A stretch of DNA of 64,000 bases, from assembly GCA_025558095.1 (NCBI GenBank), contig JAIVFI010000002.1, forward strand, positions 496,001 to 560,000, read 5' to 3'. Below, in pieces: positions 34,739 through 46,420 of this stretch. The position numbers were made by a program, and so were the translations under genes. The notes below the pieces were generated by a model. The model had not been told where the DNA came from. It made no database searches and was given only the letters and a program-made list of their open reading frames with translations. The DNA is from Hyaloraphidium curvatum SAG 235-1 (Eukaryota > Fungi > Monoblepharomycota). Each line of letters begins with the position of its first letter. Position 1 is the stretch's first letter.

Positions 34739-36656
34739 ATGGACCCCCCCGACACAGGGCAGGGGCCCAATGATGCGGCCGCTCCCGTGGTCCTGCCTGA
34801 TGGCAAGGTCTCCCCTGCGCTCGCCGCGGCCTCCTCGGAGGCGCTTGCGAATCCCGTCCACTCTTCCCACGCTCCCGGCGTCGCTGCCTCTCCTCGCCTC
34901 CCTGGCGCGGCAGAGGAGCCCGCGCCGGCCCCCGCTGGTGCTACGGCTCAGCTGACAGGTCCTAAGGAGGACGCTGCTGAATCGACCGCTGAAATCCGTC
35001 CCGCGTCCGCCAACGGCGGCGCCCGGGAGGAGCCGGCTCAGCACAATCGTCTCCCGAAAGCAACCGCCCCCGCCACGCGCCTGGGGTCTCGCTCTTTCGC
35101 CGCAGCAACGTCGCGCACCTCGCCCGACCGCCCGATTGTTCGTGTCACGGACGGCGCGATGGCGGAGCATCTGGATTCTGCCATGCCTTTCTCGGCGCCC
35201 ACCAACTACGCCAAGCTCATCGATCGGGTGCAACCGCACGCCAACGGTCGGGGCTACACGCCGGCCTTCATTGGGCCTGTCCCCCACTGCCTCATCGACC
35301 TCAACGGTGTGCCAAAGGACCGACGGCGCGTCGTTGCCGAAGCCGTGGCGAAGGCGACGTTCCCCACCACCGTCTTCACGACCGAGACGCGAGGCTACAA
35401 CCCGCGTTACTCGCGACTGGACCTCTTCTGTGTTTTTGGTGCTGTCGACGGGGCAGACGCTATCAACGCCTTGGTGGAGCAGGGGGTGCTGGAGGTCAAG
35501 TTCCCAAACGGCCCGACGCGTCGGCTGCGTATCCACCCTGTCTTCAAGGACACGCACGCCGAGCTCAAGATCGGGCCCATGATCGTCCCTGGTTCGGTGC
35601 ACGAGTGCCCGGACTGGTGGGCCCGCCTCTACGCGACTTTCCAGAACCACTATGGGGCCCCTTGCCAAGTCATTGAAGCGGCTCCCATCTGGGGCACCGA
35701 CAGCAACGCCTTCTGGCGGGTCACTTTCGACGTCTCGCAGTGCGGGGTTGATGCCTTCTTTGACCGCGCAGCACGCATTGGCCGACTGCATTCACAACCC
35801 GGCCAATAATGTACGGCTCTCTCCCCCAACAGTGGAGCCCGCCACGACCCCGCTGTTGCCCCCCCTGAGGGAAGAGGTCGTTCCTCCGCATCTGGCTTCC
35901 CCCACCGCCCCTGCGGCCGACGAGTGGCTTACAGCTGGGCCGTCCGGCAAGCGCGCAGGCTCTGCGCCCCCAGCTCTCGCCCAGCCAGTGGCCAAGGCGT
36001 CCCACAACAGGTTTTTGGCTCTCGGTGGTGGTGGTGCCGGTGCTTCGGTCGATTGGGGGGAGTCTGACGCCGCCGAAAAGATGGTTTTCCATGGTCTTCC
36101 CATTTTGGAGCCGGCTGACAAGGATGGGGACGAGGACATGGGTGGTGCCGACCGGCTGGCCGCTGAGAACGCCATCAGCAGTGCTGCACAGCAGGTTGCA
36201 GCCAACAACGCGCTGGAGGATCTGGAGCTTGCTGCTCCCGCAATGGAGGGCACGGAATCTGCGATGGAGGAGGATGCCACCGGCTCTGAGGCCTCTGGTG
36301 GAAACGACGCCGCCTCCGAAGCCTCTGCTGAGGGTGATGGTTCGATCTCGGAGGCACCAAGCGAAGACATGCACACGGCCGATGAGGCCGCTGGGGCATC
36401 CGCGGTTGGTGATCCCACGATGGCCCCAGGCCCCAAGCACGCAGGCAAGGGCCGTTCCGTGGAGGATGTGGCAGGGACAAACCCGGACAAGGTTGCCAAG
36501 CCGTATCAGCAAATCGACGTCAAATCCGCCAAAGCGGAACGGAAGGCCAAGGCGGCCGTTCGCAAGCCCGGCTCCCCCCAGGCCAAGGCCGCCTCCACGT
36601 CACTGTCAACCGGATCCCTGCTGCCGGCTCCTGGCTCACCGTCCTTGAATGCCTAA
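34739..36656 (+). CDS. ORF1-like region of the non-LTR element (two overlapping frames)
   Basis: MDPPDTGQ... to 35809, continuing in another frame to 36656 with a low-complexity acidic/basic tail. Confidence 0.5.
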
Positions 36657-37498
36657 AACACCACCAAGCAAGTGGCAACGCCGAGTAGTGGGCTGCTCTT
36701 CTCGGCGCCGAGCTCGTCCGGATACCTCCCGGGCGCGGTCAGCCCCTCCATCTTTTGCTGTTTTGCAGTCTTCACCGGTACACCAACTACCACTATCTAC
36801 TACGTCTCACCGAGTTCCGAGGCCGTTCGCGGCAGCAGCAGGGGAGACTTCCGACACTGACCCCGCGTCCCCCGGGGCCCCTCGGCCAAATGCGGTGCCT
36901 AGCTTGGCCGAGGGTCACACTCTGCCCACGCCGCCCCGCGGCTCCTCCCGCTTGCCGGCACTAGCGGGGGGGAAAGGGGCGGCATGCTCGGAAGTACCTC
37001 CCCCCTCGTCATCGCAGATCCTGATCGCTGATGCCCCGGCTTTGGCCGCTTCCATGCTCTCGGCGCACCCAGGTCATCCTCCGTGGGAAACCCCAGCTGC
37101 AACCGCCGTGCCGAGCTTGCAGCTGCCGCCTGCGCCGCCCCGCACAACCCCCGGCACGCCGCCGGCACCAACGGCCGGGGGGGGCAGAGCTCCTTGGAGG
37201 TATCCACTCCGACGCGCACCTTGCCTCCTTGGTATGCTCACACGGAGCCCGGTTCGCCGGCGCACCTCGAATGGCCAGGTTCCGAGCTCCTCGATGCCGG
37301 CAGCCGTGATGCTATCGGTGACTCGTGGTCGGCGCTTGCGGCCTGGCACAGAGCGGGGGGCGACCTGACCGAGTCACAGGAGGTTTGGATGCGGACACAT
37401 GCTCTCGACGATTGGGAGATCTCGTCGGACAAGGCACCGTCCACGGTAGCTGATCCTGGCGGCGGGACACCGGCATCGCCGCCGCCACCGTACTCGCC

Positions 37499-40400
37499 AT
37501 GAGCCGCACGCCGCTCCTGCCTTACAGCTGCCACCGCTGCGCGGCAGCTTTCGCCAACATCGGAGCTCTATCTCATCATCACCAATCTTGCATCGACGGC
37601 GACGTGCCGATGGCGGAGGCGCCTGCTGAACCCGGCCTCCATGCGTGCCCGGTCGATGGTTGCCGCTTCCAGCCAACTCCAAACAAAAACAAACGGGACG
37701 GTCATCTTCGGGTCACACGGAGCCCGGAGCACTGGTTGGCAATGCAGCGCCTGTCTGCCGATGCGTTGCGCGCCATGGGGCTAGCGCGGTGCGGGGGTTG
37801 CCGGCGTCCCTACGCCGCAAACGCCTCTGGTGCCGGTGTTTCTGGACAGCACACCTCGTGCAACCCGGACGCAGCTAACCCGCCACTCGGCGTCTCTTTA
37901 GCTTCGCTTCCACCCGATCTCGTCGAGTTCCTCGACCGCGTGCGTGCCGAGCGGGCGGCTGCCACGGGACGCACGGAGGGACCGGCGTCACCGGCGGCAT
38001 CGTCGGCATCTCCCCGTGCTTCACCACCCGCGCCCGCGCTGATGGCGGCCCTTGCGGCCGCCCGGGTTGCGGCCGATGCCCCGCAGGACGGCCAGGCGCA
38101 ACGGGCGGCGCTGGCGGCGGCGGCGGCGGCGGCGCGTGCCGCCCCGGACAGCGGTGATCCCCCAGGCGACGACGGCGCGCCGGGCGGCAACGCAGCGGCT
38201 GGCGGGCACGGCAACGGCGGCAAGCCGGGCGCCCCGGGCGACGGTGGTCCACCCTGGGGTCCCGGGCCTGATCCGCCGCCGGAGCCGCTGAAGCACCGCT
38301 ACCGGACCACCACCTGGAGCACGCTCGCCTTCCGGGCCAGCGAGTCTTTCCAACGGGCCTACGAGGACCCGGCGGCACCGGAAACCGACCTGCACCGCAC
38401 TCTCACCGCCTACCTTGCGTTTGGCGGCTACGTCATGTCGGGGGACTACATGTACGAGCAGAACTACTTTGCCGCCCGTCAGGTCAACCGGGGCGCGCGG
38501 CGGGACGGGTTGCGGCCGCTCAACTACCAGCTCTTCAAGGCCATCGTGCTTGCCGCCTTGAAGGGCGCTCCTGGTGCTGCGTCCGCGGCCCTCTCGGGGG
38601 AGGCCGTTCCGGCTGGCTTCACGCCCACGCTGCAGGCGGAACTGGAGGAGCTGTACCCGGGGCCGCGGGAGGGAGAGCCGCTGTGTCGGCTGTCTCTGCC
38701 CCCCAACGCGCCCGCACCCTGCCCTGCCTACACGGAGGACATCTGGACCCGGTTGCGCCGGAAGAAGGACGGCGTGGGTGCCGGCATGTCGGGTTTCAGC
38801 ATGGCCAAACTTTTCATCGTGCACAACTGCGAGAACGACGCGACGCGGCGGAAGCTCCGCCCGCTGGCGGCCATGGTGCACGGCGTGTGCACTGGCCGAC
38901 TCGACACCCCCATGCTCCGGCCGCTCCTCACGGATCAAATCCTCGTCCCGTTGCTCAAGCCGGAGAGGGGGCTCCGGCCGATTGGCATTATGGAGGGCAT
39001 CACGCGGCTCGCGGGCTCGTATCTGGCCGTGCGGTACAAGGATCTTCTGAGGAAGCTCCAACAGCAGGAGGACCTGGGTCACGGGGTGGACGGGGGCGCG
39101 GAGGCGACCGCCCACGCGGTGAACGCGTGGCTGGCGGCCTTCCCCGACCACGTCGTCATGAAGGTCGACTCTAGGAACGCCTTCAACACGCTGCGCCGCC
39201 TCTTCGCGCGCGAGGTGGTCCGCCAGGTGCCTCAGCTTATCCCGTACTACAACCTCGTTTACTCGCGCCCTTTATTCCGCGACTGGCGCTCGGCGGAGCT
39301 CCTTTTCCGGATCACCATGTACGAGGGCAACATCCAGGGCGACCCGCTGTCGTCTGCCATCTTCTCCTGCGCCATGAGCCGCATGCTGCGGCCCATCCGC
39401 TCTGGGCACCCCGACTGCCTCATCCTCGGGTACCTCGACGACCTCACCGTGGTCGGGCCGCTCGACTCGGTCATGGCCATCCTGGGAGAGGTGCGTGACG
39501 GCCTTGCTTCCCTCGGCATGACCCACCGCCCGGACAAGAGCTACCTGCTTTCGCTCTCGACGGACCCGGCCGTGCTGGAGCGGGTGCGCGCGGCCGGTGC
39601 GGCCCACAACATCCGCGTCGCTGGCTTCCCGCCTCACGAGGCCGACCCCGAGGTGCATGCCACGGCGTCGGCCCCGGGCTCGCCTGATTTCGCTCGCTCG
39701 TGCGGCCTCAAGGTGGTCGGTGCCCCGGTCGGCACCCCTGCCTATGTGGAGTCGTTCCTCGCGGCCAAGATCGACTCCATTGCCGCTCTTCTCGATGAAA
39801 TCGAGCGCGCTGCGCTCGGCTACGCCATGCCGGCCGACATCCCCTCCCTCCAGGGCCTGTACTCCCTCCTCCGTCTCTGTGTGACCCAGCTCTTCTCGTT
39901 TTGGCTCGGCATTCTCCCCCCCTCGGTTACCCAACCCTTTGCTCGACGTCTCGACAACGCGCTTTTCACCACCTTCTTGCGCTTGCTGGGAGTTCGGGCC
40001 GAGGATCTGGATCTGCTGTCGGTGGAGGGTCGGACTGTGCGGGAGCAGGTATTCTTGGGTCTGCACTACTCGGGGCTGGGGCTTCTGTCATCGGAGAAGG
40101 TGGCCTCGGCGGCTTACCTGTCTTCAATCAACCTCACGGCGGGCCCCTTGGACGCCATGCTTGGTCTTCGAACCTCGGCCCGGGGTGTGGGCGTGGAGCA
40201 CGTGCGGGAACTGGTTCCCGTCATCAAGGCCCTCCGCCCTGCCTTTGAGCGTGTCGAGGATGACACGGCCGCAGCGTACGCCGAGGCTGCGCGTGCTGGG
40301 CAACCGGTGGGCGCCGCGCCCGCCCGCCGTACGCTCCCTGCGGACGCCAGTTTCTTCGCTCAGCCGGTCTGGCACGGCCTGCAGAGCGACCTCACGCGTC

Positions 40401-43400
40401 TCGAGGACCAGCGCCGCCTCGCGGCTCTGATTGCCTTGCAACCCGACACTTCTGCTGGTCTTGTCAGGAGCGCCCGGTCGTGGTCGCACGGCGACCGGCA
40501 CAGCTCGAGGCCTGGCGTGGGCACGAGATCTCCGTAGGGCTTAACGATATCTAGACATTGGAACTACATGACTGTTCTATCGGTTTATATAGTCCGGGCC
40601 GCGCAAGATGCCGCGTAAGCGGAGTTCGCGGGAACCCCGGTGAACCTTCTGGAACCTCCCAGAAGACCCGGCCCCTTGCGAGTCCCTGACATCATCTCCC
40701 TCCTTCGGCGCGCTCGTCCCGAGCGCGCAACTTGAGCCTCCCGACGCGCAAAGCTTGAGCGCGGCGGTGGCGGTGAAAACTTCGCGGTGTGGCAAGTGTC
40801 GTGGCAAAGCTTGACCGCGAACCTGAACATGGCGTGGATCTTTGAGCATGGCAATGGCATAAACGATGAACCTTGACGTGGCTTGGCGTAAACGATGAAC
40901 CTTGACGTGACTTGATGCATGGCAGGCGTGGGATCGGTCACACGACGAGGGAGCCTGATCTCAGGCGTCGAATCCTGCTGGGGGTGGATGTAACCACAAT
41001 CGATTGACGAGCCGATCCTAGGTGACCAGTGCTTGCTCGGGGGCGGCGAACCGATGAAAACGGGTCTTCTCAACACAGGGGTGTAGTACCGCAGCTCAAT
41101 CGGTAATCGGTCCGAGAGCACCTGTGGCCGAGAGGGGTCGATGCGCGTCGGCTCAATGAGATAGATGCGATGGAGACGTGAAACATGAGACCATGAGACG
41201 TGAAGGCCGTGGTGCAGAGTCGGTGAGAGTGACGTTCGATGGTGAAACCGTGAAGCAGGATGCGTGGAGATGCGTGGAGCGAGCAGGATCACTTGGCAGG
41301 AGGCGGCGGGCGGGCGGAGCGGTCGTTGCATTCGGCCTGGCGGTGACCCTCCTTGCCGCAGTAGAAGCAGAGTCCATTGATACGGCGGCGCGCACGCTCC
41401 TCATCAGAAAGAGGCCCGTGGCGTAGGCTCGCGATGTCCATGGGGACGGGCCCGTCGGTGACGGCGGTCCCGGCCGAGGTGGCTGTCGCGTTCGTGGTCG
41501 TGGAAGCGGATGCCGGGAACGTGGTAGTCGAACGAGGGGGGATGCCGTGAGCAGGCCAGTAGCCCTGCTTCTCGAGACGGCGGCGGTGCAGCTCGTCGTC
41601 GACGTCGATGGCGATCTTGATGAGCTCGGAAAGCGTGGCGGGCTTGTCGCGAATCATGAGGTCCTTGACGGCGTCCTTGAGGCCCATGCGATACTGCGCC
41701 ATAAGGGCGGCGTCATCATAGCCGGTCTTGGCGGCGAGAAGACGGAATTGCGAGGTGTATGCTGAGGCTGAGCTGGTCTGGCGTAGCTCGCGCAGCTTGG
41801 CCTGGGCCTTTCCGGCCTCATCCGTCTCGCCGAAGTTGGTTTCGAGTTCGCTGATGAACTTGGCGTAGTTCGTGGTGATATCGGCGTCGTCCTCGACAGC
41901 GGAGAACCAGCTCAGGGCGGCCCCCGAGAGGTGGCTGGCGATGAAGGCGATGCGCTGACCGTCGGTGCTGTACATGCCGGGGTTTGCGTGGAAGTTGATC
42001 TTGATCTGGGTCATGAAGTCGCGGAGCTTGGAGCGGTTGCCATCGAACTTCTCCGGGGCGGCAACCTTAATCCGGGGAAGGGCAGCTTCCGGCGGCGATG
42101 GGGGCAACTGCTCGCTCTGCCGGGTCCGAGTGGGCTGGCCCGGCGGCGGCGCGAAGCGGCGGAGTTCTTGGAGTTCTTGACGGAGGGCGTTGACGCTCCC
42201 AAGGAGCTCGCTGAACTGAGCGTCCTGGGTGGTGAACTTGGCGGCGAGGGCCTGAACGAGCCCGGGAATGTCCGTGGGGAGGTCCATGGTCTACTCCTGG
42301 TCCGTCGTGGGCGACGGGGCGGGAGGAATGTCTAGATAATGTCAGGAGCGCCCGGTCGTGGTCGCACGGCGACCGGCACAGCTCGAGGCCTGGCGTGGGC
42401 ACGAGATCTCCGTAGGGCTTAACGATATCTAGACATTGGAACTACATGACTGTTCTATCGGTTTATATAGTCCGGGCCGCGCAAGATGCCGCGTAAGCGG
42501 AGTTCGCGGGAACCCCGGTGAACCTTCTGGAACCTCCCAGAAGACCCGGCCCCTTGCGAGTCCCTGACAGGTCTGGAGCGCCGCAAGCGGCTCGTCCAGG
42601 CGCAGGACGGCCTGTCGGCTTTCCTGACTGCCTCTCCCGCGCTGCTTGCCAACCACATTCGCAACAACTTTTTCCGCTTACTTGTACGCTTCCGGCTTTG
42701 CCTCCCGCTCCTTTACGAGGCCGACTACCCTGGTCTTTCCTTGCCCTGCCGGCGGGGCTGCAAGCGATCGGCCATGTCGCTGACGGGGGAGCACGCATTC
42801 TCGGGCTGCTATGGCCGGGATCTCTTTAGTCCTGGTCACGACAACATTTGCGTGGCCATCCGCGCGGCGCTTCGCTCCATCCCGCTCCTCCGCGTGCACC
42901 CCATGCCGCCAAACCTCCTTGCGCATGGCTACGAGACTGTCACCCCGCCCACGCCTGCGGATGCTGGCCGCCTTGGAGACGTTCTCATCACGCACCGCGA
43001 AACCCGGAAACGGTGGTTGCTCGAGATCAAGACCCTCACTTCTATGGCCCATTTGCACACGGGCCTGGTCTTCTCAGTCCCGGGCCACGCAGTCGAACGG
43101 CGGGTCGAGGCCGCCAGGAAGGACTACTCCCGTTTCGTCTTCAACGCCAATTTCTACCCTCTGATCGTGATTGCTTTTGATTCGTACAGCGCTGTCTCTG
43201 ACACTTTCTCGCGCTTCTCCTCGGAGATGGGGCGCATCCAGTACCCCGGGATCGTCGGCCGCGATGGGCAGCCCGTGGACCTCGATGGCCTTTACTCTCG
43301 TTTTGTGCGGCGCTTCCGCGAACGGATCGCGGTGGCCTGGGCTCTTGGCGTCGCGGCCCAACTCCAACACTGGCTTCAGCTGTGCACCGAAGCCGCCGCT

Positions 43401-43472
43401 GTCAACGCTCCGGCCCCCGCGCCGGTCGCTTTTGGTTTGAATGTAGATGAGGAGCTGATTCTTGGGGCGTAG
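37499..43472 (+). CDS. RT + restriction-like endonuclease ORF2, split by the LTR insertion
   Basis: GLRPIGI, GVDGGAEA, VDSRNAFN, QGDPLS, GYLDDL, GLKVVGAPVG; CRRGC..GEHAFSGC..GHD; GDVL..LEIK..KDY..FDSY. Removing 40462-42574 restores one continuous frame. Confidence 0.92.
40462..42569 (-). mobile_element. Gag-only non-autonomous Ty3/Gypsy-type LTR retrotransposon
   Basis: Identical 230-bp LTRs (40462-40691, 42340-42569; TGTCAGG...CCTGACA), GGTCT 5-bp TSD, PPT GAAGGAGGGAGATGA. No pol sequence. Confidence 0.95.
41289..42287 (-). CDS. gag: Gag protein (Ty3/PEG10-like capsid with CCHC knuckle)
   Basis: PEKFDGNR, IASHLSGAALSWF, LRQTSSASAYTSQF, PVPMDI, CFYCGKEGHRQAEC. Intact 332 aa. Confidence 0.93.
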   Translation of the reverse strand: MDLPTDIPGLVQALAAKFTTQDAQFSELLGSVNALRQELQELRRFAPPPGQPTRTRQSEQLPPSPPEAALPRIKVAAPEKFDGNRSKLRDFMTQIKINFHANPGMYSTDGQRIAFIASHLSGAALSWFSAVEDDADITTNYAKFISELETNFGETDEAGKAQAKLRELRQTSSASAYTSQFRLLAAKTGYDDAALMAQYRMGLKDAVKDLMIRDKPATLSELIKIAIDVDDELHRRRLEKQGYWPAHGIPPRSTTTFPASASTTTNATATSAGTAVTDGPVPMDIASLRHGPLSDEERARRRINGLCFYCGKEGHRQAECNDRSARPPPPAK

Positions 43473-43569
43473 GGGGATTCCATGGTGGGATTGCTAGCTC
43501 CTCATTACAAAGCGAAGCCGTAGCCCACGCCCGCCGGGGAGAGCCTAGCAATAAGCAAAGTACATAGGC

Positions 43570-46420
43570 GTGCCGCCTTACGAGTTAGAACGGCAACGAC
43601 ACGGACGCGGGACTGCTGCCGCACGGGAGGCCGTGGCGAATGGGACAGCCACCGAGGAGCAACGCGAGCGTGTGGAGGAGGCGGACTTGCGGAACGCTCA
43701 TATCCGTAGCGAGCGTCGCCGGACTCGGGCCGAAGAGGCTCAAACTCAGTTCCCGAACCGAACGGCGTACGATGCGGAGTTTCTGGCGAAGCTCCAGGCC
43801 TACGTGCAGCACAACTTCGACCTCGATACGCCGTGGGCGCCCTCTTTCCCCCCACCCCCGCAGACGGCCGCTGATGCGCGCGTACACGTGCGCGACTACC
43901 GGAACCTCGTGTCGACGGACGCCATCAAGCAGGCCGTCTGTGCCTGTTGCGGACACTTTCACCATCGGACCGAGTCCGAGTTCGTGACGCTGGAATGGCT
44001 GTCGGCGACCGGAAAGCTGCGGATCCCGCAGTCTGTGGCGGATCTGGTGTACTTCCAGGACTTTCCGGACGACAAGGAGCGGCAGGGACTCATCATGGGC
44101 ATGCTCGTAGAGCCACTGGGCCGCCAGGCGGACGGACGTTGGGCTCTTTGCCCCGAGTGCCGAATTCCCCTCGAAAGTTCGGATCCTTTCTCGCTCCCTC
44201 CTTTCGGATATTCGAACGGCTTCTGGAGGGGCGTGGAGCCAGAGTGCCTCAAGGTGCTCACGTTGGCGGAGCGGATTCTGATTTGCCCTTATCGCGCGAG
44301 GTCTGTCTCCTGCTGGTTGGCGACCTCGGCATTGATGCTAACGGCATGAACAGGATATCGATCTTCAAGCTACGCTCACCAGCCGGGGATCCGAATTCGC
44401 AACATCTTGCAGTCCGCGGAAATGCTGTCTGTTACCCGACGGACGTGGAGCAGGTTGCCGAGGTTCTTCCCCGTACGGTGGCGAGCATCGCCGGCGAAAT
44501 CAACGTCTACTTTATGGGCGCCATTGGATCGACGTACGTGCCGGAGCTGATAAAGGTGGGAGGCCGTATTTCGACCTGGATGCACTCTGACACGGTCCGT
44601 TGCAGGTTCTCCCCATCAAACGCTCTCGCGTGATGGAGGCCCTTCGCTGGCTTGTTCGCTACAGCCCCTCGTATGCACGCGTTAGCCTGCGGGAGGATGT
44701 CAGCGATCTGCCAGAGGAGGAAGCCGTCCCGCCGGAGCTTGCTCCGGTGCAGGAGGGGGGCGACATCGCTTCGCGCGGTGCTTCTGAAAACTCTACCTAT
44801 ACTTCAAACTCTACACTACACAATTTTTCTGAAACTACTCCAAATCTACCTTACTTTGAAATGTCCGGAATCGTGGATGGGCGGGAAAGAATTGGGGAGA
44901 CGCAGAAAGCCCACGATGCTCGCGTCCTGGGGACTTTGGTCTCCGAGACCAGTCGTCGTGGGACTGATGCGGAAGAGGGGAATGATGAGGATGGCTCCGA
45001 GGATGAAGATGAGGGTGTTGACGACGACGGATCGGAGTACGAGGAAGATGAGGATGCGGCGAATAATGGTGCTGCTCAGGAGCTGCAGGCTGCGATGGGT
45101 GGTGATAACGGCGGACGGCCGGAGCTCATGCGGACAACGGACAATGGCCTTCTTGCCCACCACGGATCGGAGCCCATCAACGATATCGCACTTCGGGGAG
45201 AGATGTACTACCTCACTTTCCCCCGGCTCTTTCCCTTTGCTCACGGAGGCCCAAAATCGCGAGCAGAGTATCCGGCTTGGGGACAGGCCATGCTTCTGCA
45301 GGGGGCGAACGACCATGCTACGGCTTGCGACGCCGGTTTCCTGTTCCATGTTTTCCAGACCATCAGGAAAGACAAGAGCATGCTGCACTCTCATGTGAGT
45401 TCCGCTTTGCGTTTGCAAAGCAAGACCATGGTCACTGATGGCGGTGAAGCTTGCACTCAAGGAAGATTACTTTGCCGAGAGCACAGCGAATGTCATCAAC
45501 ATCCCTGCATCTGTCATCCACACCTATGCCGCTGAAAGCGCAGTTGGCCAAGAGCAACGCGGCAACGGCCAAGTGCCGCACTCGTCGGTCTTGGATGAAC
45601 AGCGCCGCCATCTCGATCGCATCCTGGAACTGGCCAAGGCAGTGCGTGCTCATGTGGACGGAACCAGTGCCGAGCGCCGCTCGTTGCGCGAGCTCCTCCT
45701 TGCTTTCTGTTACCATCTCCAGCTGCCGGTCTTCTTCATCACCATCAACCCATCCGAAATCTACAGTCCTGCGCTCGAACTCTTCGCCGGCAACCAAGAT
45801 GTGCGGCTTGAGGACCCAACAACTTTCCTCAAGCCCGGAGATCGGGCGTATCTTGCGGCCAGAAACCCGGTTGCCACTGCGCGCTGGTTCAAGTACACAC
45901 TGAACTCCCTGCTCGCAACTGTCATCGCACCCGAAGACCGGGCAGGGGCATTCGGGCCTGTGAACGCCTATTTCAACACCCTAGAATGGCAGGGCCGCGG
46001 CAGCCTTCATACGCACATTCTTGGTTGGCTGCACAGATACCCGCACCTGGATGCCGTGCAGGAGCAGCTCCGAATGGACGAAAGCCGGCAGCGAATTGTG
46101 GACTTCATATCCTCTGTGATCAAGGCAGGGTGGCACTATGTGGACCCCAGTGGGAACCATGCGTCTTCGGATCCCACCGTCCGCGACCCCGTGCGAGAAG
46201 CCCTGCGTGCCGAGGATGTGTCACCTTCTGAACACGTGTCGGACCAGTCATCGGAAATGAATGTTGAAGTGAGTGCACTTCTATCGATTTTGGCCCCTCC
46301 ACGTCACTGACTTCCACATCTAGGCACTTCCCACTCCTCCGGTGTCCCCGTCCACCGGAACCAAGCGCAAACCCAACCGTGGAAGGGGCCGGGGCCGCCC
46401 CCCCAAGAAACCGAGGAACC
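43570..46420 (+). pseudogene. Helitron-type Rep N-terminal fragment, intron-containing, without the tyrosine motif or helicase
   Basis: VCACCG, LCPECR, SNGFWRG, LTLAERILI, RGNAVCYP, VMEALRWL (DUF6570-like); FPRLFPFAHGG; FFITINPSE; HUH motif EWQGRGSLHTHILGW. Confidence 0.87.

Larger units (their letters stand above)
34715..43509 (+). mobile_element. Full-length CRE-clade-like non-LTR retrotransposon, interrupted by an LTR element
   Basis: ORF1-like region, then ORF2 with zinc fingers, RT, CCHC knuckle and restriction-like endonuclease. 3' end TTGCTAGCTCCTCATTACA. Confidence 0.9.

Noticed and set aside
40692-41288. Hidden pol or frameshifted protease after gag
   Set aside because: No aspartic protease, RT or integrase motifs seen; only a short AAACGATGAACCTTGACGTG duplication.
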